This document shows positions 11,210 through 20,589 of a DNA stretch of 64,000 nt, in pieces. A program made the translations under genes and the position numbers. Below the pieces are notes generated by a model, which was not told where the DNA came from, did no database searches, and was given only the letters and a program-made list of their open reading frames with translations. Numbering within the stretch: position 1 is the stretch's first letter; each line of letters opens with the position of its first letter. The DNA lies in assembly GCA_965140585.1 (NCBI GenBank), contig OZ223267.1:475166-539165 (forward strand), written 5' to 3'. The DNA is from Spirochaetia bacterium. GTDB taxonomy: Bacteria > Spirochaetota > Spirochaetia > UBA9216.

Positions 11210-11971
11210 TTAAAACAGACTTGTCAAAACCAGCCCAACAGCAATCAGCAGAACAGCCATTACTATGGTGAGAGGCAGGGCTTTACGCTGTTCAATCCCG
11301 CAGGAATATCTTAATCCTGCATAAACAAACCCGTAGTAAAGCCAGTTGAAAATATCGGTCAGGGTATCAACAAGATATATCAGTGCTGTTCCTGTTTTTC
11401 CGGGAGTTAATAGCACTGCAAGGCTTATCTGTGAGCTTAAAGCATATTGAAGATCGGCAGTTGTCATTACACCGGCAAGAACCCTTTCATAGTCAGTTAC
11501 CAATGTGATGATATTTTTAATCAGCATCTGGGCAATGCTTATCACTGATACGAAGACTATGATTTTAAATAGATGTCCGAATTTTGTTTTTTCTCTGAAG
11601 ATAAGTGTAAGGATTTTTAAAAGAACCACTGTCAACAGTATGGTTAGCAGGTACCCGATTGAACCTCCAACCGTTGTTGATATCAGGCTTATAGTTTTAG
11701 TTGCGGAAGAGTTGAGGCTTTGGGTAACCTGTTCTTTCTGTGAGTCACTCATAACACCGCTGCGTTCCTCAAGAACCTTTAGCTGTACTCTTACCATGGC
11801 GTCTGAATAGGCTTTACTGCTTAGTATCGGTATAAGCAGGGTAGATGCGATAAGCGCAAAAATGATGACGATAAAAACCGGAAGAAGAATTTTGGTTTTA
11901 TCATTAACTTTACTAAATCCTGACTCCGGAGATTTGAAGATACTGATCCAAAGAGAAATTGTGTTTTTCAT
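11210..11971 (-). CDS. Yip1-family membrane protein (YknW-like)
   Basis: IFKSPESGF start, about 5 TM helices, DIFNW motif; heads the MFP/ABC operon. Confidence 0.75.
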   Translation of the reverse strand: MKNTISLWISIFKSPESGFSKVNDKTKILLPVFIVIIFALIASTLLIPILSSKAYSDAMVRVQLKVLEERSGVMSDSQKEQVTQSLNSSATKTISLISTTVGGSIGYLLTILLTVVLLKILTLIFREKTKFGHLFKIIVFVSVISIAQMLIKNIITLVTDYERVLAGVMTTADLQYALSSQISLAVLLTPGKTGTALIYLVDTLTDIFNWLYYGFVYAGLRYSCGIEQRKALPLTIVMAVLLIAVGLVLTSLF

Positions 11972-12039
11972 TTTTTACCTTCCTGAATATTTACTTTCAA
12001 TTATTAAACACAGTATATCACAAAAAATATTCAAAAAAA

Positions 12040-12069
12040 ATTAGTGTACTAAGAAAATGGTACACTAAT
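12040..12069. promoter_or_regulatory. Inverted-repeat operator, YtrA (GntR)-like, upstream of the ABC export operon
   Basis: ATTAGTGTAC-N10-GTACACTAAT (AGTGTA-N12-TACACT). Confidence 0.55.
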
Positions 12070-12105
12070 AAGGTAAAGTGTATTTCTCTTTATGTCAACT
12101 GGAAT

Positions 12106-12453
12106 CTAAACAGTAATAATTTCATATCCCTTATTCAGGTAATCCATGATTGAAGGGTGGCCGTAAAGTGAAGATTCCATCTTATAACCGTGCTGTTTTG
12201 CGTATTCCAGTGTTCCCATCTTGTTTGCGCATGCCTGGCATACAGAGATTAGTTCTGAATTTTCTTTAAGCTTGCTGTAAATTTTAAGAAAAGGATTGCT
12301 GTCTGAATCCAGAGCAGGCAGCAGAGATGTTGAGCGTCCCTCGATAATAATCTTTACTTCATATCCTTCAGCAAGCATCTGTTCTGCGTTGAACAAGATA
12401 TGGGCGAAACACATAAGCTCACCTGTAAATCCGAAAAATGCTATTTTTTTCAA
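12106..12453 (-). CDS. DsrE/DsrF-like small cytoplasmic protein
   Basis: MCFAH, KIIIEG, VCQACA, GHPS...GYEIIT; TTG start with RBS GGAGG. Confidence 0.7.
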   Translation of the reverse strand: MKKIAFFGFTGELMCFAHILFNAEQMLAEGYEVKIIIEGRSTSLLPALDSDSNPFLKIYSKLKENSELISVCQACANKMGTLEYAKQHGYKMESSLYGHPSIMDYLNKGYEIITV

Positions 12454-12582
12454 ATGAAACCTCCATAAAAGTTAAAAGAATACAATAAAAATTGAACTAT
12501 CCGTTATTATAGCATAATTCTATTGAAATATAGAATTCTGAGTTGTATAATAAAGCACCGTACAGACAAAGGGGATATCATA

Positions 12583-13047
12583 ATGAAGATTGACAAACTT
12601 GATACCGAGATTATCAAGCTTCTGCAGAAAGACGGCAGAATGAAAAGTAAAACCATGAGTAAGATTCTCGGTGTTTCTGAGACTACTATCCGTAACAGGC
12701 TTGGAAAACTTCTTGAAGAAGATGTAATTCAGATAGTTGCGGTAGCTGATCCTCATAAGATAGGTTATGAGATAGTAGGTAGTTTCAAACTGCAGGTTGA
12801 TCCAATAAAAATTGAAAATGTAATAAGTGAGCTTGGGAAAATTGAAGAAATCTGGTATATCGCAAAAGCTACAGGCAGTGTAGATATTGTCACTGAATTT
12901 AATGTGAAATCTATGAATGCTCTCAACGACCTTATTTACAACAGACTGGTTAAAATTGACGGAATAACAAAAACCGAAACATCTATAATTATGAATTATG
13001 AAAAACGTGATTATGCATGGGGTACCGGTATTTCTATTCCTGAATAG
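12583..13047 (+). CDS. Lrp/AsnC family transcriptional regulator
   Basis: DKLDTEIIKLLQKDGR...LGVSETTIRNR HTH; RAM domain TGSVD...ITKTETSI; ATG 12583 follows GGGGA RBS. Confidence 0.92.
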   Translation: MKIDKLDTEIIKLLQKDGRMKSKTMSKILGVSETTIRNRLGKLLEEDVIQIVAVADPHKIGYEIVGSFKLQVDPIKIENVISELGKIEEIWYIAKATGSVDIVTEFNVKSMNALNDLIYNRLVKIDGITKTETSIIMNYEKRDYAWGTGISIPE

Positions 13048-13069
13048 TCTGCATTCCGGTTAAACTGAA

Positions 13070-13119
13070 TATAAATTTAAAAAATGCGGCCTTGAACGGT
13101 CGCATTTTTTAAATTTATA
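13070..13119. terminator. Long inverted repeat / terminator after Lrp
   Basis: TATAAATTTAAAAAATGCGGCC-ttgaac-GGTCGCATTTTTTAAATTTATA, 22-nt arms. Confidence 0.75.
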
Positions 13120-13213
13120 CAATTTTACATATTTAACATTTGTTTTACCTACCATTAACCGCATAAAATTATGCAGGTAATAAATTATATAAACCGATTT
13201 ACAGGAGTATAAG

Positions 13214-14512
13214 ATGAAAAGAAGTCTTTTAACCGGACTCATTTTATTTTGTGTATTTTTTATTCAAACGGTCTCGGCTGAGGAGAGAACTATTTCAATA
13301 GAAGAGTCGCTGAACCTCGCGCTTGAGAACAATGCCGATTTGATTGATGCATCAATATCACTTGAAAGCTCAAAAAGAGCTGAAAGATACAGTTGGAATA
13401 ATTACCTGCCTTCGCTTACTGCTTCACTAAGACTGGCCGGCAATGCGGTATCAGAGAGTTTTTCAACCACTTTAACTCCGGGTATATCATTAAACTATTC
13501 GCTGAACCCGGGAATTGCACAAATCATTTTGCAGCTGCAGCTTGCAGTTGAAAAAGAAGAGATAAGTTTTGAAAGTGCAAGACTCAACCTGATAATGAGT
13601 GTTGAAACAGAATTCTATTATCTATTGACAGCTGAGAGCAATCTTAAAATAGAAAAAAACAACATTGAACTGGCTAAAAAGCAGCTTGAACAGACAACTG
13701 CAAAGTACAACAGCGGAATGGCTTCTGAGCTTCAGGTTCTGCAGGCACGTGTTAATGTTGAAAACCTGAAGCCTTCATACAGTTCCCTTGTTTCAAGTTA
13801 CAATAATCGTTTGAAGGAGTTTCTTCTTGTTCTGGGGCTTGATCCGCAGGAAGATGTAAAGCTTTCAGGAAGCCTTGAGTTTGAAGATATTGTACCGGAT
13901 TCAGAAGTTCTTATCAGCGCATATCTAATGAACCGTACCGATATAAGGACTAATAAGAAAAATCTTGAGGTGCTGAACAGTAATTTAAAGCTTGCAAATG
14001 CGAACGGATTTTCTCCAACCTTTTCATTATCAGCTTCATGGAGTGATGCGGTTTCTGATCCATTTTCCGGTGATACATGGAGCAGCCGCAGTTACGGCGG
14101 AAGCACCTCTGTCAGTCTGGGCGTAAGCCTCGGACTCGATGATTTTATCCCGGGATCATCAACTAAGATTGATATTGAAGAGCTTAAAGACTCAATAAGT
14201 CAGGCAGAACTTGCTTTGAACAGTCTTGTTCAGGAGGCCGAGCTTGAAGTTCTGAATCTTATTGATTCAATAAATACTGACAAGGAAAATGTCGAGTTGT
14301 CCAAACTGAACCTGGAGCTTGCACAGAAGTCATATGATATGACCGCAAGAAGTTTCGAGCGTGGAACAACGGATCGTATTACTCTTGACGATTCACAGCA
14401 GGATCTGCTTACAGCACAGCAGAATCTTATTGAAAGCAGATATGAATATCTTGCAGATCTAATAAGTCTGAGCGGTGCGCTCGGTCTTGATTCTATAGAA
14501 TATCTAAAATAA
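13214..14512 (+). CDS. TolC-family outer membrane protein
   Basis: Signal peptide, LALENN, YLPSL, YNSGMASELQVLQA, FERGTTD repeats. Confidence 0.88.
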   Translation: MKRSLLTGLILFCVFFIQTVSAEERTISIEESLNLALENNADLIDASISLESSKRAERYSWNNYLPSLTASLRLAGNAVSESFSTTLTPGISLNYSLNPGIAQIILQLQLAVEKEEISFESARLNLIMSVETEFYYLLTAESNLKIEKNNIELAKKQLEQTTAKYNSGMASELQVLQARVNVENLKPSYSSLVSSYNNRLKEFLLVLGLDPQEDVKLSGSLEFEDIVPDSEVLISAYLMNRTDIRTNKKNLEVLNSNLKLANANGFSPTFSLSASWSDAVSDPFSGDTWSSRSYGGSTSVSLGVSLGLDDFIPGSSTKIDIEELKDSISQAELALNSLVQEAELEVLNLIDSINTDKENVELSKLNLELAQKSYDMTARSFERGTTDRITLDDSQQDLLTAQQNLIESRYEYLADLISLSGALGLDSIEYLK

Positions 14513-14520
14513 TCAGTTGA

Positions 14521-15546
14521 ATGGATAAGGAGAAAATTATGGCAAAGAATGTTGCAGAGAGGATAATACAGATTGTTCTTCTGTTGATCATAGCCGCCGG
14601 ATTCGGCGGAATCATATATACTTTAGGCGGTTCGGGAAGCAGTGCCGGCGGACCTCCGGGAAGAATGCCGGGGGCTTCAAGCGGTGCTCCTTCCGGAATG
14701 CCTGCCGCCTTCGGAAAAAGTTCTTCAAATACCACCGCAACAACAGTTGCAGTCGAGGCTGAGATTTCCGAGCTTGGTGATGTTAACCAGTTCATACGTG
14801 TGAACGGTGATGTCGTCAGTGATGTCTCGGTTGAGATTTATCCGGATGTTTCCGGTAAACTGATTGAGCGGAAAATACAGCTTGGCAGCTATGTCAAGAA
14901 GGGTGATGTCATAGCGGTTGTTGATCCGTCAACCCCTGGTGTAGTTTACAGTAAAAGCAGCGTTGTTTCCACAATCAGCGGTACTGTTACAGCGGTGAAT
15001 GCCACGGTCGGTGATACTGTAAGTACAGGCAGTTCAATTGCTGAGGTCGGGGATCTTTCAAATCTGTCACTCGTAACCTATGTACCTGAAAGATATATCA
15101 GTTATCTTAAAACTGGTCTGACTGCAGAAGTAACATTTGAAGCTTTCGAAGATCAGGTTTTTCAGGCTCGGGTCGTTCAGCTTAATCCTGTAGTTGATAC
15201 AAGTTCACGTTCACTCGAAATTAAGCTTGAAATACTTAACCCGGACTCAGGAATACGGGCCGGAATGTTTTCTTCAATGAAACTGATCACTAGGGAAAGT
15301 AAGAACTGTATTTCAGTTCTTAACACCGCCCTTTCTTCCTATTACGAAGATACAGTAGTCTTTGTGCTTAATGATGACGACACCGTTGAACGCAGAGTAG
15401 TAACGACAGGTCTTGTTTCCGATTCCAGAACTGAAATTACCAGCGGACTTGAAGAAGGCGAAATTGTTATTACCCAGGGAACATCATCACTTACCGATGG
15501 AACAGCAGTAAGGGTTGTTAATGAGCTTGAAGGCCTGGAGGGCTAA
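14521..15546 (+). CDS. RND efflux periplasmic adaptor subunit
   Basis: TM anchor, PDVSGK, lipoyl motifs, VPERY, PVVDTSSR, GMF, EITSGL. Confidence 0.88.
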   Translation: MDKEKIMAKNVAERIIQIVLLLIIAAGFGGIIYTLGGSGSSAGGPPGRMPGASSGAPSGMPAAFGKSSSNTTATTVAVEAEISELGDVNQFIRVNGDVVSDVSVEIYPDVSGKLIERKIQLGSYVKKGDVIAVVDPSTPGVVYSKSSVVSTISGTVTAVNATVGDTVSTGSSIAEVGDLSNLSLVTYVPERYISYLKTGLTAEVTFEAFEDQVFQARVVQLNPVVDTSSRSLEIKLEILNPDSGIRAGMFSSMKLITRESKNCISVLNTALSSYYEDTVVFVLNDDDTVERRVVTTGLVSDSRTEITSGLEEGEIVITQGTSSLTDGTAVRVVNELEGLEG

Positions 15547-18500
15547 ATGAATGTTACTGATTTATCGGTAAAACGGCCTGTTACTATCCTTGTTGTAACA
15601 CTTTTACTTGTCGGGCTTGCTGTTTTTATGGTGCCAAGCCTTGCGGTTGAGATGTTTCCGGATACCGACATGCCTGTAATTATGATAAGAACCACTTATT
15701 CGGGAGCCAGCCCTGAGGAGGTCGAGGAAAGTGTGACCTCACTCCTTGAGCAGCAGCTTTCAAATGTAAGCGGAATTGAAAATATAACTTCTACTTCCAG
15801 CGAGGGAAGCAGTACGATCCGTCTTGAGTTTGGTTATGATATAGATCTTGATGATGCAACAAACGACATACGTGATTCACTCGAGCGTGTAAATTCAGCT
15901 CTTCCGGACGGGTCCGGATCTCCGCAGATTATGAAGTTCAGTGCATCCAGTATGCCTATACTCAGGTTGATTGTTACCGGAAATGAAACAGCCGACACTC
16001 TGACAGCCCTTGCAGAGGACACAATACAGCCACGGCTTGAACGAATAGTCGGAGTTGCCTCTGCAGAGGTGAGTGGTGGTGAAACAAAGGAAGTAAAGGT
16101 TGATGTCTCACTGAACAGGCTTCAGGCCTACGGAATATCGCTTTCATCAGTAAGAACCGCTTTGGCGAACCAGGATGTACTGTTAAGTGCTGGCGATCTT
16201 ACTAAGGACGGTATGGAATATACCCTGAGGTTTAATGAAACCTTTGAAACCCTTGATGATATGAGACGTACCGTCATTACAAATATTTCAACCCAGGATT
16301 CAACAGGGTCTGTCAACAGATCGAATGTCGTCCGTCTTGAAGACATTGCTGATGTCTACATGGGTACGGAAGATTCAAGCAGAAGGGTATACATAAACGG
16401 TACTTCATCTGTTTCAATCCGTGTAATGAACGAGACTGATACAAATACTGTTCAGATAGCTGAGGCCGTACGTGCCGAGCTGCCTTCAATAAATGCTGAT
16501 CTGCCGACCGGTGTTAAACTGCAGATTCTGTATGACCAGACCACAATGATTTCAAGTCTGCTCAACCAGGTATACCAGAATGCTATTCAGGGCGGTATTC
16601 TGGCCATGATTATTTTGCTGCTGTTTTTAAGAAATATAAAAACTACCCTGGTAATAGGTGTTTCGATCCCTGTGTCACTGTTCATTACCCTGGGTGCAAT
16701 GTATTTCTTTGATCTTACCCTGAACATGATTTCACTTACCGGACTTATAATGGGCCTCGGAATGATAGTCGATAACTCGATTGTTATTCTGGAAAATATT
16801 TACAAGTACCGGGAAAGGGGTGCAAAGCTGAAGCCCTCGGCCATCCTCGGTTCAAGAGAGATGGTTACTGCCATCACTGCATCAACGCTCACAACTATAT
16901 GTGTATTTATCCCGATGATAATATGGAAAGATGATCTTGAAATGCTTGGTCAGATGTTCCAGGATATGATTTTTACCATAGTAATATCACTTATATCCTC
17001 ACTGCTTGTAGCGCTTATGCTTGTTCCGGCTTTGAGCAGTCATTACATAAAGATATATTCCAAGAAGCAGAAGCCGCTTAAGAATAAGCTTATAATTGCT
17101 TTTGACAACACATTCGAGAAGGGATTTCTTGCTGTTGAAAATGCATATACAAAGGCGCTTGATTTTACACTTAGAAACAGAGCTCTTGTTCTGACCTTTG
17201 TATCTGTTCTGCTGATTATCTCGGTGGCAAAATTTACAACAATGGGAATAGCCTTTCAGCCTTCATCAAATACTGATGACTCTGTTACTGTATCTCTTAC
17301 AATGCCTATAGGTACTTCAATTGACAGAACAGAGACTGTTCTTATGGATATGAAAGATATCATTGAAGAAGAGATTGAAGGCTACGAAAATATTATAGTC
17401 ACAGCCGGATCAGGCGGCGGTTTCGGATCATCAAGTTCATATAAGGGTAATATTGAAATTACTCTGCCTGATGTCGATGAGCAGATTGATAATCCAACAT
17501 CGATAAAACAGAAGTTGAGACCATATCTCAATGAAGTTCCCGACGCGACATTCGAATTTTCTTCAGGCAGACGCTTTGGTGGTTCAAGCGATCCTATTGA
17601 TATTGAAATAATATCAAGTGACCTGACTCTTGCCGGAAACACAGCTTCTGAAATAAGAGATCTGATACGTGAACTTCCGCAGATTGTAGACCCGGTGTCT
17701 TCTCTTGAAAACGGAGCTCCTGAATACCGGATTGTAGTCGATAAAGACAGAGCCGCAGCAATGGGGCTTACTGTAACATCAGTTGCTTCAGCGGTTAATT
17801 ACATGGTTGACGGTTCATCTCCTGTCACTTTCTGGGAGGACGGTGAGGAACTTGATGTAATGGTTCAGCTGCAGGATTCAGATCGCGACAGCATGTCCGA
17901 CCTGGAGTCGCTTACTATAGTGACATCAAGCGGTAAAGAAATACCGCTGTCAAATATTGCCTCTTTTATACTTACTGTCGGACCAGAGGATATCGATCGT
18001 GAAAATGAAAAGAGGGTTGTTCATGTTACATCGGATATCGCCAGCGGCTTAACCGCTACTGAGGTGCTTGCACAGGTAGAAGACTACATTGATTCATCAT
18101 ATGTTGTTCCTGACGGAGTATCAATTTCTTTCGGTGGAGAATCTGAAGATATATCAAGAATGGGCGGCCCGCTTATAATTGTGCTAATAGTTGCCATTAT
18201 CCTCGTATTCGGTGTTATGGCAAGTTTATTTGAATCATTTGTCGACCCCTTTATAATATTCTTCTCGATTCCGCTGATGGTTATTGGTGTAGTAGGTATC
18301 TATACACTAATGGGTGAGACATTCAGCATGTTTTCGGCAGTCGGAATGGTTGCCCTGGTCGGAATTGTAGTAAACAACGGTATTGTTCTTGTAGACTATA
18401 TGAATCTTCTGCGAAACAAGGGCATTCCTTTGATGGAAGCCTGTCACGAAGCCGCAAGAAGCAGATTGAGGCCTGTTCTAATGACCACACTCACTACTGT

Positions 18501-18723
18501 CCTTGGAATGGTTCCCCTGGCGTTCTTTGGAGGTGAGGGTACCGAATCTATTCAGGCTATTGCCCAGACCATTGTTGGCGGATTGTCCGGCAGCATGATT
18601 TTTACTCTTTTTGTTATTCCTGCTCTGTACTCTATCTTTAATAAAAAGAGATCATTTTTTAAAAAGAAAAAGAAAGAGCAGGATTCCATGGACAGGCTTG
18701 CATCTGAAGGAGGTGCATTATGA
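15547..18723 (+). CDS. RND efflux permease (AcrB/AcrD/AcrF family)
   Basis: SVKRPV, GMIVDNSIVILENI, GIVVNNGIVLVD, RLRPVLMTTLTT. Confidence 0.95.
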   Translation: MNVTDLSVKRPVTILVVTLLLVGLAVFMVPSLAVEMFPDTDMPVIMIRTTYSGASPEEVEESVTSLLEQQLSNVSGIENITSTSSEGSSTIRLEFGYDIDLDDATNDIRDSLERVNSALPDGSGSPQIMKFSASSMPILRLIVTGNETADTLTALAEDTIQPRLERIVGVASAEVSGGETKEVKVDVSLNRLQAYGISLSSVRTALANQDVLLSAGDLTKDGMEYTLRFNETFETLDDMRRTVITNISTQDSTGSVNRSNVVRLEDIADVYMGTEDSSRRVYINGTSSVSIRVMNETDTNTVQIAEAVRAELPSINADLPTGVKLQILYDQTTMISSLLNQVYQNAIQGGILAMIILLLFLRNIKTTLVIGVSIPVSLFITLGAMYFFDLTLNMISLTGLIMGLGMIVDNSIVILENIYKYRERGAKLKPSAILGSREMVTAITASTLTTICVFIPMIIWKDDLEMLGQMFQDMIFTIVISLISSLLVALMLVPALSSHYIKIYSKKQKPLKNKLIIAFDNTFEKGFLAVENAYTKALDFTLRNRALVLTFVSVLLIISVAKFTTMGIAFQPSSNTDDSVTVSLTMPIGTSIDRTETVLMDMKDIIEEEIEGYENIIVTAGSGGGFGSSSSYKGNIEITLPDVDEQIDNPTSIKQKLRPYLNEVPDATFEFSSGRRFGGSSDPIDIEIISSDLTLAGNTASEIRDLIRELPQIVDPVSSLENGAPEYRIVVDKDRAAAMGLTVTSVASAVNYMVDGSSPVTFWEDGEELDVMVQLQDSDRDSMSDLESLTIVTSSGKEIPLSNIASFILTVGPEDIDRENEKRVVHVTSDIASGLTATEVLAQVEDYIDSSYVVPDGVSISFGGESEDISRMGGPLIIVLIVAIILVFGVMASLFESFVDPFIIFFSIPLMVIGVVGIYTLMGETFSMFSAVGMVALVGIVVNNGIVLVDYMNLLRNKGIPLMEACHEAARSRLRPVLMTTLTTVLGMVPLAFFGGEGTESIQAIAQTIVGGLSGSMIFTLFVIPALYSIFNKKRSFFKKKKKEQDSMDRLASEGGAL

Positions 18724-19013
18724 TTAGAATTGAAGTTATTGCAAATCAGGCAATTGAAGAGGATGTTATTGCTGCACTTACCGCAAGTAAAATTGGTGAC
18801 TGCTTTACATACATAGCTCCTGTCTACGGCAGAGGACGTAATGGCCGCCGTGAAGGCTCTGCCGTATGGCCCGAGGAGAATGTAATTTTTATAGTTTATA
18901 CAGATGAAGAAAAAAAGGATGATTTTCTGATTTGCCTGAAAAAAATAAAGACTGATTTTCCTGATGAGGGTCTGCAGTGTTTTATAACAGATAATGCTCA
19001 GAGGGTTGTTTAG
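18720..19013 (+). CDS. Small PII-like transporter-associated protein (PG0541-like)
   Basis: TYIAPVYGRGRNGRREGSAVWPEEN T-loop-like motif; ATGA overlap with the RND gene. Confidence 0.7.
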   Translation: MIRIEVIANQAIEEDVIAALTASKIGDCFTYIAPVYGRGRNGRREGSAVWPEENVIFIVYTDEEKKDDFLICLKKIKTDFPDEGLQCFITDNAQRVV

Positions 19014-19041
19014 ACTTTTCTGACAAGTTTTCAAGTATACT

Positions 19042-19076
19042 GAACTGTCCGGAACATTCCGGGCAGTTTTTTTTTT
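19042..19076 (+). terminator. Rho-independent terminator of the RND operon
   Basis: AACTGTCCGGAA-ca-TTCCGGGCAG followed by T10. Confidence 0.85.
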
Positions 19077-19304
19077 ACGAATGTGTAGGATTGTTTGTAT
19101 GGACATTCAAAATAAAACTGTTAAGACAGTCCGCGATTCGATTGTTTTCCTGAACATTTTGATAGATGGATAAAGTAGATTGCAATTAGAAGCGTTTCAT
19201 AGGTTTGTTATTAAAATATCATAATTATAACAGCGGGTACTATGCAATTCAGCACATTTATAATACAGTCATTCATCCTTGATCTATGAAAAACACCCAT
19301 AAAA

Positions 19305-19349
19305 CTACATTTAGGTAGCAAAGACAGGGTGAAAATTACATTAATGTAG
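19305..19349. promoter_or_regulatory. Tandem palindromic sites, putative enhancer (UAS) of a sigma54 activator
   Basis: CTACATTTAGGTAG (19305-19318) and TTACATTAATGTAG (19336-19349; core TACATTAATGTA is a perfect palindrome), 31 bp apart, 75-120 bp upstream of the -24/-12 promoter. Confidence 0.55.
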
Positions 19350-19422
19350 GCTTTTGCAGCGTTTTAACCCCTATAAACGGTGAATAAAGCAATTAACCCA
19401 TGACTATTTTACCGATTATGAC

Positions 19423-19439
19423 TTGGCACGCATGTTGCT
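19423..19439 (+). promoter_or_regulatory. Sigma54 (RpoN) -24/-12 promoter
   Basis: TTGGCACG-catg-TTGCT; exact TGGCACG-N4-TTGC consensus with GG-N10-GC spacing. Confidence 0.85.
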
Positions 19440-19602
19440 CATATTAAGCAAACAAATATGAGAGGGAATTAACATAATGAAAGTAAATCATTTCAGAGAA
19501 CCGTGAGATTCGGCGTGTTTTTTCAGCTCATCCAGAAGGATGTGCAATGCCCGGGCGGAATGCATTTGCCGGGGTAATTCAACTTTAAAGAGGTAAAACG
19601 GT

Positions 19603-20589
19603 TTGAATATGAAGTTTATTCTCCGGAAACTGTTAGCATCTTTGTTAACGCTTCTGGTCATTACATTCGTAAATTTTGTAATTTTCCGAATGGCGCCCGG
19701 CGATCCTGTCAGGCTGATGTTTAAGGACCCCAGAGTTTCAATTGAAGATATCGAGGCTATGAAAGTAAAATTCGGACTCGATAAACCTATTCCCGGTCAG
19801 TATGTCGACTATATGAAAAACCTGCTTAAAGGAGATATGGGAATCTCATTTTGGCAGAAGAAACCAGTATCAGAAGTTATTGCTGCACGAATACCGCAGA
19901 CTCTTATGCTGATAGGGACAGCCTTGTTTCTTGCTGTTGTGATAGGAACACTTTTCGGTGCAATTGCCGGATGGAAAGGAGGTTCGAGGACAGACTCGAC
20001 GATTGTCGGTGTCTCGATGACTCTGTATTCGGTTCCAAGTTTCGCATTCGGTATTCTTCTGATGCTGGGGCTTGCGTATCATCTTGCAATTTTCCCGCTG
20101 GGCGGAATCGAGACGCCTGCTTCCGGTTATTCCGGAATACGCCGTTGGCTTGATATTGCCTGGCATATGGTTCTTCCATCATTCTCGATTGTTCTATGGT
20201 ATATCGGTCAGTATATAATCATCACAAGATCGTCCATGAAGGATGTTTTAAGTCAGCCCTTTATTATGACGGCAAGGTCAAAGGGTGTTCGTGAAAAAGT
20301 TATCCTCAGCAAGCATGCCCTGAGAAATGCCTTCCTTCCGCTCATTACTATAACCGGTGTAAATATTGCCTTTATGACCGGCGGTATTATTGAGGCAGAA
20401 ACTGTATTTTCATGGCCCGGCCTTGGACGACTGCTTTATGACGCAGTTATGAAGCGTGATTATCCGCTTCTGCAGGGATGTTTTATGGTTTTCGCAATCG
20501 CAGTCGTTGTACTGAACTTTGCAGTCGATTTGCTTTACAGCAGAGTTGATCCACGCGTTAGAATCGGAGGTATGAGCGATGAACATTAA
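19603..20589 (+). CDS. Peptide/nickel ABC transporter permease (OppB/DppB family)
   Basis: PGDP, FGLDKP, GDMGISF, RSSM...TARSKG, KHALRNA, ETVFSWPGLG, DYPLLQG. Confidence 0.92.
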   Translation: MNMKFILRKLLASLLTLLVITFVNFVIFRMAPGDPVRLMFKDPRVSIEDIEAMKVKFGLDKPIPGQYVDYMKNLLKGDMGISFWQKKPVSEVIAARIPQTLMLIGTALFLAVVIGTLFGAIAGWKGGSRTDSTIVGVSMTLYSVPSFAFGILLMLGLAYHLAIFPLGGIETPASGYSGIRRWLDIAWHMVLPSFSIVLWYIGQYIIITRSSMKDVLSQPFIMTARSKGVREKVILSKHALRNAFLPLITITGVNIAFMTGGIIEAETVFSWPGLGRLLYDAVMKRDYPLLQGCFMVFAIAVVVLNFAVDLLYSRVDPRVRIGGMSDEH

